Assembly (NCBI GenBank): GCA_942491245.1 | Contig: CALNZT010000001.1 | Span: 960 to 64,959, forward strand | Direction of reading: 5' to 3' | Source of the DNA: an uncultured Pseudomonadota bacterium | Lineage (GTDB): Bacteria > Pseudomonadota > Gammaproteobacteria > Xanthomonadales > Wenzhouxiangellaceae | Length of the DNA: 64,000 nt | Shown here: positions 55,128-64,000 of the stretch, piece after piece | How positions within the stretch are numbered: position 1 is the first letter of the stretch | Layout: every line of letters starts with the position of its first letter | Notes under the pieces: model-generated | What the model saw: the letters and a program-made list of their open reading frames with translations, nothing else | What the model was told of the DNA's origin: nothing | Database searches by the model: none | Made by a program: the position numbers and the translations under genes

Positions 55128-55881
55128 ATAAACCTGGCACTACAAACTGCTAAGACTCGGACCTTCCAATTTACTTCAAAGGCGAGTCTGTTCAACAAAT
55201 CCTGTCCTCAGTGCGGTTTTCAAGCCGCCTAGCGGCACCGAAAGAAGCGCTGAGGACAATCCTCAACAAGAGCCCGTAGCTCCAATCTTGCACCCAACCA
55301 ACCTTTCGGCTGATTGAGCTTCCGTCTCCGCCTACGGCGGGCGACTCTCACGAGCCGCGAGAGGGAGGGATTGACTGCGCGCCGCTGGCGCTTGCCCTCC
55401 GCATTCGCTCCGGGTAGCTCTGGTCGCTACGCTCTCGGCGCATCGTCCTCGCGCTGCTCGGGTCGAACCCTCGGTACGGGATAAACCGCACACTCACTTT
55501 CCAGGCGAGCCCGTTCGACCACTCCGGCACCTCTCCATAAACCTGGTACTTCAAACTGCTAAGACTCCGAGCCTCTCAAGTTACTTCAAAGGCGAGTCTG
55601 CATAACCAAATACTGTCCTCAGTGCGGTTTTCGAGCCGCACAGCGGGGAGAAAGAAGCGCTGAGGACAATCCACATCCTGAGCCCGTTCGACCACTCCGG
55701 CACCTCTCCATAAACCTGGCACTACAACCTGCTAGAACTCGGACCCTTCAGTCAACTTCAAAGGCGAGTCTGTTCAACCAATCCTGTCCTCAGTGCGGTT
55801 TTCAAGCCGCGCAGCGGGGCCGAAAGAAGCGCTGAGGACAATCCACATCCTGAGCCCGTTCGACCACTCCGGCACCTCTCC
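55128..55881 (-). repeat. Tandem repeats of about 172 bp carrying the 5' 30 nt of tRNA-Ser and a hairpin
   Basis: GAGCCCGTTCGACCACTCCGGCACCTCTCC at 55680-55709 and 55852-55881; linker with TGTCCTCAGTGC...GCGCTGAGGACA hairpin repeated three times. Confidence 0.9.
55354..55536 (-). pseudogene. tRNA-Ser(GGA) copy interrupted by a 90 nt insertion in the T-loop, without CCA
   Basis: Near-identical to the 55037-55127 tRNA; anticodon loop CTGGAAA; insert 55373-55462 between TTCGA and AATCCC; 3' end reads CCTCTCGCGGC. Confidence 0.8.
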
Positions 55882-56034
55882 TGAACCTGACACTGCTTCC
55901 GAGACCCGCTGCAATCAAAGCGAATCGAAAACAAGCCGTATATTGTAACCAGTACCTCGCTCTTGGCTACGCCTCTGCCCACTCATGCCTTTCAGGTCCT
56001 TACCTGACGAATCTTCATTCTCGGGTTTTGCTAA

Positions 56035-56054
56035 TACTGTAATTTAATATAGTA
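56035..56054. promoter_or_regulatory. Imperfect LexA (SOS) box upstream of imuA
   Basis: TACTG-TAATTTAATA-TAGTA, one mismatch in the CAG half; AT-rich spacer. Confidence 0.7.
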
Positions 56055-56108
56055 TTTCATACCCGGCGGCATTGCTCCGGGCAGACCCTTGAATTGCGGA
56101 GACTCACC

Positions 56109-56804
56109 ATGCAGCCATCACCCACCTGAATAATTTACTGAGCACACGCGGCCTGATATCTGGCGACGGACGAAAACGACCGAAGGCTACCAGCGCTGTC
56201 GACGGGCCGCGCGGATCTGGATCGCTGGTTGCCGGATCAGGGCTGGCCCAGCGGCCAACTGATCGAATTGATGCCGAAATGTTTCGGGCTGGGCGAGCTT
56301 GGACTGCTGCTGCCGCTGATGGCCCAGCAGACCAAGGCCGGACTGCCGGTCATTCTCGCCGCCCCACCCTGGATACCCTGCCCGCAGCGACTGTCTCGCA
56401 GCGGCGTTGCCCTGGAGCAGCTCATTGTTGTTCGCGACACGAAGCAGGCGTTCTGGGCGGCTGAACAGGGGCTGAAAAGCGGTTTGTGTGGTCTGGTCCT
56501 GCTGTGGCCGCCGCAAGGCCCGGTCTCCGAGCGTGCAGTGCGCCGGCTGCAGCTTGCTGCCGAACAAGGCCAAGCTCCGGCCGTTGTTTGCTATCGACAA
56601 GATCAGAAAGCCCCGGCTTCACTGGCCGCACTAAGGCTGGCAATCCACCCAGGCCCGCAGCTCGAACTACTGCGCGGTTCTGCACATCAGACCGCCACCT
56701 TCAACCTTGGGCACAACAACGTCATCACCTGGCCCGGCACTCGACGCGCGTTCAGATCGGCTCCCGGACCCGAATCGGTGGCAAGATCGATCGCTCATCA
56801 GTAG
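56109..56804 (+). CDS. imuA: Translesion synthesis protein ImuA, 5' part frameshifted
   Basis: GGAG RBS before ATG 56109; GWPSGQLIEL, GELGLLLP, WAAEQGLKSG, RRLQLAAE. Confidence 0.85.
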
Positions 56805-56833
56805 ATGCAGCTCATAGCATCTGAGCGCCACTG

Positions 56834-58242
56834 ATGAGCCGTTCTTCTCAGCTCTGGGCCGGGCTGCACTGCCCCGCACTGCCGCTGATGGCGGTCTGGC
56901 AGCTGGCCTGTGTCGGTGGGCCGCTGGCCGTGCACGATTCAGTCCGGGGGCAGACCCGCATTCTTCAGGTCAATGCGCTGGCCAGCCAGCATGGCGTAAA
57001 ACCGGGGCAGAATTCGGTCAGGCGGCTGGCGTTGCTGCTGCAAGCCGACGCGCCCGCGCGCTCGCCGTGGCTCGAATCCCGGACGCCGAACATGGCCTGC
57101 TGCTGCTGGCGATCAACACAGCCATCATTTCGCTGGTCGCCCTGACACCGTACCGCTGGTGCTGGCGGCAGCCGTCGTTTGCGCGGTGGCGAAGCCCGAA
57201 GCGCTTCAGGCTGAAGGCCTTGAATAGTCAGCGGCCCGAACTTCATGGATCGGGCTGGCACCCGTGGCGTCGGCGGCCTGCCTGCTGGCTCGATACGATC
57301 AGAAGGTCAGCGACCCGCATGAGCGCCAGAATCGTGTACTTGGCGAGCTGGCGATTGAACAACTGGCGCTCAAGCCGGACCAGCACAAGGCGCTTCGGGG
57401 CTGCGGTCTGCAGCGGGTTGCCGCCTTGACTGCCCTGCCCGCTGCTGAGCGTGGGCCAGACGCTTCGGCACCGCGCTCAACCACTACCTGGATGAACTGC
57501 ACGGTCGCCTGACCACGCCGCTAGCCCAGTGGCAGCCGCCCGAAACCTTCAGTCTGCGCCTGGAGCTGCCGGTGCCGACCGTGCGCAGCGATGCCCTGAT
57601 GTTTGTCTTCAATCGTGCGCTGGACACCCTCGGCCGCTGGCTGGAAATTCGCGATCGGGGACTGAGTCAACTTCGCGTGCGAATGGATCGCGAGGACGGT
57701 GGACCCGCCAGCACCTTCGAAATCGGCCTGGCGCGCGCAGGGTTTGATCGCAGCCGCCTGCTGGAACTGCTTCAGCTCAAACTCGACGGCCTGAAACCGG
57801 GTGGCGATATCGATGCAATCAAACTCGACGCCGACAGCACGGCCGAGCGGCGACCCGCCCAGTCCGACCTGCTCAGCGGCATCAACCGCAACGACGCCTG
57901 GCCGGCACTGCTTGACCGCCTCAGTGCGCGCCTGGGCACGTCGGGCCTGTCCAGCCTGGCGCCGATTCCCAGATCACAGGCCAGAACATGCTCAGTCTGG
58001 GCAAGGTCCGGGGACATCCTCACCGCCAGGAACGCCGCCCGCGGCCAGTTGGTTGCCACCCGGAACCACGGCCCTGCAAGCGCAGGCTGCACCTGCTGGA
58101 AGACCAGAACGGATCGAGTGCTGCTGGTGGGACGGTCGTGGACTTCGGCCGCGACTACTGGATAGCGCGCGAGCGCCGCCAGCTCTGGGTCTTCACGAAC
58201 ATCAACCACGCGACGGCTGTTCATCCAGCGGCTTTCGGCTGA
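56834..58242 (+). CDS. imuB: Y-family polymerase-like ImuB, many frameshifts (or pseudogene)
   Basis: LWAGLHCPALPL start, QVNALASQHGVKPG, LLDRLSARLG, C-terminal PERIECCWWD...RDYW; directly after imuA. Confidence 0.75.
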
Positions 58243-58404
58243 AACCCGCCGATTTCGCATGAACGGTGGTAATGAGCCGGACCTGGAGCTGGTTTGCAGT
58301 CACCGTGCCTTGACCGACAATCAAGGCGGCTTCGGCGATTTCCGAACATGCGCGAGTGGGGATAACGCGTTTGGGATCGGTGACAATGGGACAAAAGGAG
58401 CAGA

Positions 58405-59301
58405 GTGCTACGCAAACTCATCGACACACCGCAGTTGCGCCGGACGACTTCGCCTTGATGCGCTGGTGCCGGCAACTGGGCCTCGCTGGCGAATGTGACC
58501 TGTTTACCGCAGAAAACGGCGAAGACGCCCAAGCAGGCATCAATCAGGACAGAAAGCATCGAGCTGGCTTTTACCGACCCGGATGATGCCGGTCGCGACA
58601 AGCACGAACTGATCCGGGCTGTCCGAGCCAGCGCCAAGCGATCAAGAAGCTGCCGATCTCCGTCGACCGGAACGAAGAAGCCAATCGCTTCACCTTGCAG
58701 CCATGCCGGCCTTCCACCAGAAACCGTTCAGCGTTGATGATCTGGACCGGCGCGCTTCGAGCGCACCTCGAAGGAATTGCCCGATGCCTGCCTGATCACG
58801 CAAGAAGTTGACTCACCACCCGAATCCGGACTACTGGAGCAACGTCTGGAACCCGGACTATTACCACCTGCGCATCGAGCAGGCCTTCGAAGCCCATGGC
58901 AGCCAGAACCCTCGATCTGGCACTGATGCACGGCCAAGCTCACCAACTATCGCGAAATGAAACGCCATTTCGGCACGGCCTGGGCCGAGGCCATCATGCG
59001 CAATCTGCGCTTCTTCCTGCACCGCGAGCTGCGTCAGGAAGATTCCCTGCACCGCACCGCCGATGATCTCTACAGCGTGATCCTGATGGGCACCCACAAG
59101 CCAGGTGCCCGCTATCTGGTCAGTCGTTTGCGCCGCGCGCTGATTGGTTCCAAGGTCCGATTCGCCAGCCAGGAAGTTCAACTGGCGGTTCGATTCGGCA
59201 TCCAGTTCCCGGATGTCACCAGCGACGAATCACCGGCACGCCTGCTCTCGGCTGCGCATGGCCTGTTCGATCTCAGCGGCCAGGTCTCACGCATTCGCTG
59301 A
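58405..59301 (+). CDS. Possible receiver plus degenerate GGDEF-like protein, heavily frameshifted
   Basis: AAGGAG RBS; LFTAENGEDA...IELAFTD receiver-like pieces; RHFG...ELRQEDSLHRTADDLYSVIL resembles a GGDEF core without the motif. Confidence 0.45.
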
Positions 59302-60356
59302 CACGCACCAGATCCGACCACAGCGCCAAGGCGGTGACCCCGACCCCGGCTCCGGGCCCTGCAATGACCAGCGGTGGAATCCGAATAGCTATCGGTACAA
59401 GACGACAATCCGGTGGTCCACGCCCACAACTCGGCCATGGATCGCCAGGTCCGTACCCGATGAAGGCCGGCGCGCGTTGTTCCGCCAGCGTCGATCTCAG
59501 CTTCGCGATAGATCACCTGGCCGCAGGATCTGGAAGCGACTCGAGCAATTCCTTCACCGATTGATCCGAAGTGTCTCGATTTGATCATTGAAGCTCTGCA
59601 GACTCAGCGCTTCCAGCTTCTCAGGAACCAGATTTTGGACCTTGATCTCTGACTCTTCCAAGGCAAGCCCGGCACAGCGCGCCAGAATCACCAGCTTTCG
59701 CGCTACATCCTGCCCGCCTAGATCAGTCCGGGGATCCGGCTCGGTCAGGCCATGCTGATGGGCTTTTTTCAGACTCGACGATGGCAAATCACCAGCATTC
59801 AGCCGACTGCAGAAGAAACCAAGACTGCCGGAGAGCACGGCCCGGATTCTTTTGACGGGCTCGCCCGCCAGCGCAATCCTCCGCACAGCGTCAAGAACGG
59901 GCAGACCCGCGCCGACCGTGGCAGAGACACCATACTTGGCCTGGCTCTGAGCGGCTTGCAATTGACGCCAGGCCCCACTGTCAGCCGCGAGCGCCAGCTT
60001 GTTGGCCGTGACCACATGAATGCCCTGGCTCAACCATTCGGCATGCCGGGATGCGACTTCCGAGCTGGCTGTGGCATCGATGATTACCTGGGCGACAGCC
60101 GCCCGACGACACAGAAGTTCAGGCAGCACGTCAAGGTCGCTCGCTCGTCTTCCCTCCAGCGCCTCCGGATCGCAAGTCCAGCGCTTGTTCGGGCATTCAC
60201 CCCAACGCGTCGACGTCGAATTGGCAATGACTTCAAGCGCCCATTCAGCAGGCGCCTGACTGCGCAGACGCTCGAGCAGGGCTCGACCCACGCGGCCCGG
60301 TCCAAGCATGGCGATCGCGAGCATCGGGACAGCCGTTGAGTTCGATGCGCAAACAT
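59273..60356 (-). CDS. hom: Homoserine dehydrogenase, frameshifted
   Basis: LGPGRVG, IIDATAS, VVTANK, ATVGAGLPV, LSGS, EPDPRTDLGGQDVARK; C-terminal PLVIAGPGAG..VTA in a shifted frame. Confidence 0.85.
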
Positions 60357-61578
60357 CAGGTGCCAACACGACGATGTCCTCCTGTGCTCTTGGCGCGCAG
60401 ATCATCCTGCCCGGCCCGATCCAGACCAAAGGCCAGATCTGCAAGCAGATCCTGCTCGGCCTCCAGACCCACCGACAAGCGCAGCAATCCGTCCGTCAAA
60501 CCCGCGCGCGCACGATCGGCGGCCGGCATTGCCGCGTGCGTCATGGTGCTGGGATGGGCAATCAATGACTCCACGCCGTCCAGAGATTCGGCCAGAGTGA
60601 ACAGACTCAAACCCTCGAGCAGACGCTGAACCGCGGCTTCACCTCCACTGAGTTCAAAACTGATCATGGCGAGAAAACCTGACTGCTGATCCCGGGCGAT
60701 GAAGTGCCCCGGATGCGAAGACAGGCCTGGATAGTGCACTCGCTCGACGGCAGGATGCGAGATCAACAGCTCGACCAGCTTGCCCGTTGTCGCCTGCTGC
60801 ACGCCGAGCCGAGCATTGAGCGTTCGCAGGCCTCTCAAGGTCAACCAGGCATCGAAGGGACTGCCCGTCACCCCGATGCAATTGGCCCACCAGGCGACCC
60901 GCTCGGCCAACACCGGATCAGCGGAAATCACGGCGCCTCCAACCACGTCACTGTGACCATTGATGTATTTCGTGGTCGAATGGACGACCAGATCAGCACC
61001 CAGCTTCAAAGGCTGCTGCAGCGCAGGCGACAGGAAGGTGTTATCCACGACCACTCGAGCTCCGCGGTGCTTTGCACGCGCGCAGACCGCCCGAATATCC
61101 GTGATGCGCAACAAGGGATTGCTCGGCGTTTCAATCCAGACCCAATGCGCGTCTTCGATATCGCGCTGCCAGCGGTGATCATCCTGAAAATCAGTCCAGA
61201 TCAGGTCGAAGGCACCGCGCTTTGCCAGGGCCTGGAATAATCTGAAGGATCCACCGTAGCAATCCTCAGGCGCCAGCAGACGCTGGCCCGGCTCGATCAA
61301 CTGCAGCACAACGTGGATTGCACCCATTCCCGTTGCCGTGATGACCGCATCATGGCCCTGTTCCAGATCAGTCAGGGCGCCAGCCAGATGATCGCGGGTC
61401 GGGTTGCCGGACCGGCTGTAATCATGGCGCCGAGGTTGGTCAAAGCCCTTGAAGCGCGGTAGGTGCTGGACAAGAGACTGATCGGAGGAATAACCGCCCT
61501 GTACTCGGAATCACAATCCACCCCGGCAGTGAGAGCCGCGATGGTAGCGGCCTGATATGTTGCTTTGAACTCACTCAT
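60356..61578 (-). CDS. metB: Cystathionine gamma-synthase, 5' part frameshifted
   Basis: DYSRSGNPTR, ATGMGAI, ETPSNP, VDNTFLSP, HSTTKYINGHSD PLP lysine, FTLAESL. Confidence 0.9.
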
Positions 61579-62549
61579 CGCCCTTCTCCACTTTTAAAAA
61601 CATCAAGAAGAATGGCTTTCAATGCCCTGTTTTCCTTTAGAAAGGCATCATGACCATAGCTGGACTCGAGGACATGAATACGCGCTTCACTACGCAAACG
61701 AGATTGCAGGTCTCGGAGTTGATCCAGCGGCACCAGCGCGTCGGTATCAACACCGATCACCCCGACCAAGCAGCGAATCAACTCGGGCACGACACAACGA
61801 GAGTCAATGGATTCGGATAGACATCGGTACCGGGCGGCACTTACGTCATTGCTGTATCTGCGCCCCTGGTGGGTCAGATAGCTGTCGAGTGAGCGCGCGA
61901 TCACTGTGGTCAGGATCGTCGAAACGCCGATCAAACCATGTAGACGGGCGATAGGTGGTCAGGGCAATGCGCGAGCCCAGCGCACGCCGCGCTCGGGATC
62001 ACCCAGATCTTCAGCCAAATCGATGACCGCGCGCTGGATCTGGCGCAGCGCCTGTGTAGATGGAAGCGCACAATGCGCACCGCTGATCGCGATCAATCGG
62101 CGCAATCGATGCCCATGGCGCTGCGCAAACGCCAGCCCGACCATGGCGCCGTAGGAGGCGCCGATCAGCCCATCAATCGAGGCCAGATCAAGATGATCCA
62201 GCACGCGTAGCAGTGCATCGGCCTGATCGCTGGTGCTGATTCCAGTGGGGTGATCCAGCCAGTCGATACTCAGAATCAGTGAACGGCTCGGATCCAGCAC
62301 CTCACCCGGACCGTAGTGGGCGCGCCACCAGCATTGCACCTGCCGTCCGGCACTGACACCACCGAGGACAACCCGGAGCGGGCCATCAAGCTTTCCGTGC
62401 AGTCGAAATTTCAGGCTGAGATGACGTGATTGGCCGTGGCGATCGGTCGAATGCCAGCTCAAGGCATCATCAAGCAGCACATGGTCATCGATGGCGACCG
62501 GCTGATGATGGGCGCAGGGCCGGATAAAGGATGTGTTCAAAGCGGTCAT
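61575..62549 (-). CDS. metX: MetX-family homoserine O-acyltransferase (alpha/beta hydrolase), frameshifted
   Basis: LGGVSAGR, GASYGAMV nucleophile elbow, YGHDAFLKE; first gene of the met operon. Confidence 0.8.
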
Positions 62550-62679
62550 GGTTTCGAGTCTCCCGTGTTCAAATCAAGCAACAGCGCTGGACTCATCGCT
62601 GCGGCGAGAACGGGGCTCGGATGATCGCCAAAGGCCAAACCAACGTCGAATGACGCGTTCAGCGCGGGTGACCACGCGG

Positions 62680-62818
62680 GCTCATCTCTCGGAGGCTCGT
62701 GGCTATCCACGAACCCCGCAGGAATTGGCACCATGGCCAGTGCGCTCGATGAATTGAGTCTGCACTGACTGGTTGCCCCGACGTCAAAGGGCCTGTCCCT
62801 CGGTCGTCCTCGATGAGC
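62680..62818 (-). ncRNA. SAM-I riboswitch
   Basis: Minus strand CTCATC-GAGGACGACCGAGGGACAGGCCCTTTGACGTCGGG-GCAACC...GGTGCCAATTCCTGC...GAGA-GATGAG: P1 CUCAUC/GAUGAG, kink-turn P2, GCAACC/GGUGC P3; upstream of met genes. Confidence 0.9.
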
Positions 62819-62997
62819 TGCATGCCAAGACTAATCAGTCGTTTTCCCCGACAAGGAACTTGTGGGTTATAAGCATTTTGAGACGCTGGAATCATGCAAG
62901 CTTCAAAGACCAAGTTGGATGCTAAGTGTCCGGACGAACGATTGATTTGAGGCTGATTTGGGATAGACTTGTGACCGGTTATGCATTTTTCTGCTGA

Positions 62998-64000
62998 ATG
63001 TCCGATCTTCATTTCTATCTTGAACACGGCGACTCGGGTGTCGACACTTTCCCGCTTGGCGATCTGCCGTGCACCGTCGGCCGCGGCTCGAGCTGCCAGC
63101 TTCAGCTGGACTTCGAGCGCGTCTCACGCGAGCACGCAAGGTTCGAACAGCAGGACGGCGAGCTGCAGCTGACCGACCTGGGCAGCACGAACGGTACCTT
63201 TGTCAATCATCAGCGAATAGAACAATCCGAGCGTATTCGCGCTGGCGATATCATTCATTTCGGCAACCACCCCTTCGTGCTGAGAAATCGTGCGGCCAGC
63301 GGCGACACCCTTCCCAGCCGCCCAGCGTCGCCATCGCAATCGAGTCACGACACTATCATCGGATTCACGGCTCAACCCACCGGATTCCCCGTCCAGGCAC
63401 CCGAATTCTTCGAAATGCTGAATGACGAGCAGATCATCGGCACCGCCGAGCTTGTATCCACCGCCTCGGGCACGGTGATGGCCGTAAGCTTGCGTGGCCG
63501 CAGCAGCCACCCCGGTCTTACCGCCAACTCCAACACGCTGTTCCGGCTAGCTGAAGACCTCGGTGAAGAGGTGCGCCTGGCTCAAATGATCCGGCGAATC
63601 TGTCTCGAACAAGCCGATCAGTCGGGTCTGCAGTCCACGCTTCTTCTTCAGGTTCACCCCGCCGAATGCGAGGAGCTCGATATTCTGGTTGATGAGTGGC
63701 TGGATCTAGCCGGTCGATACCGACATCTGGCGCTGGCCTGCGAGCTTCCGCTCAAGGCCTTTGAAGATCCGGCTGACCTCGCATCCATCAAGGCCCACCT
63801 TGAAAAGCGGGATATCGAGATCTGCGGCGTAGCACTCGGCTTGTCGGCTGATCAGCTGAGCGGCTATCGCGGCCATCTGGACTACTTGCGGGTAAGTTCG
63901 CTGCATGGCCCGGATCGGATCCCTGCACTGGTCGACGCACTGGGCAGTTTTGTGCGAATCCTGGTCGACCAGGTCAATGATGTTGAATTGATACGCCCCT
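62998..64000 (+). CDS. FHA domain plus degenerate EAL-like domain protein, runs off the right edge
   Basis: Own translation from ATG 62998: MSDLHFYLE...TVGR...VSREHA...DLGSTNGTFVN (FHA), then AVSLRGRSSHP...LFRLAEDLG...LQVHPAE (EAL-like). Absent from the ORF track because no stop is in the window. Confidence 0.8.
   Translation, partial: MSDLHFYLEHGDSGVDTFPLGDLPCTVGRGSSCQLQLDFERVSREHARFEQQDGELQLTDLGSTNGTFVNHQRIEQSERIRAGDIIHFGNHPFVLRNRAASGDTLPSRPASPSQSSHDTIIGFTAQPTGFPVQAPEFFEMLNDEQIIGTAELVSTASGTVMAVSLRGRSSHPGLTANSNTLFRLAEDLGEEVRLAQMIRRICLEQADQSGLQSTLLLQVHPAECEELDILVDEWLDLAGRYRHLALACELPLKAFEDPADLASIKAHLEKRDIEICGVALGLSADQLSGYRGHLDYLRVSSLHGPDRIPALVDALGSFVRILVDQVNDVELIRP

Overview
Chromosomal window of a GC-rich (roughly 60% by eye) Gammaproteobacterium; gene content is compatible with a Wenzhouxiangella/Xanthomonadales-like organism (inference only). 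Most of it is housekeeping: fbp, gdh, cysK, xseA, glmM-folP-ftsH-rlmE-yhbY, ahpC-ahpD/oxyR with an OxyR operator, a GldA/F/G-like ABC module, prpBC, phhAB-MoxR-DUF58-transglutaminase, lexA with an SOS box, icd, msrA, imuA-imuB with an SOS box but no adjacent dnaE2, and a metX-metB-hom operon under a SAM-I riboswitch. Many genes, including icd and the met genes, carry clustered frameshifts, most simply explained as consensus errors of a low-coverage long-read assembly. The most unusual part is 52.9-55.9 kb. Two intact tRNA-Ser genes sit in modular arrays made of duplicated tRNA 3' ends, inverted degenerate 3' ends, terminator hairpins and tandem 5'-end fragments. A family of about 70-90 nt structured elements is inserted repeatedly at the same position of the T-loop, including inside a full-length tRNA-Ser(GGA) copy. 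No integrase, transposase or cas gene is visible.
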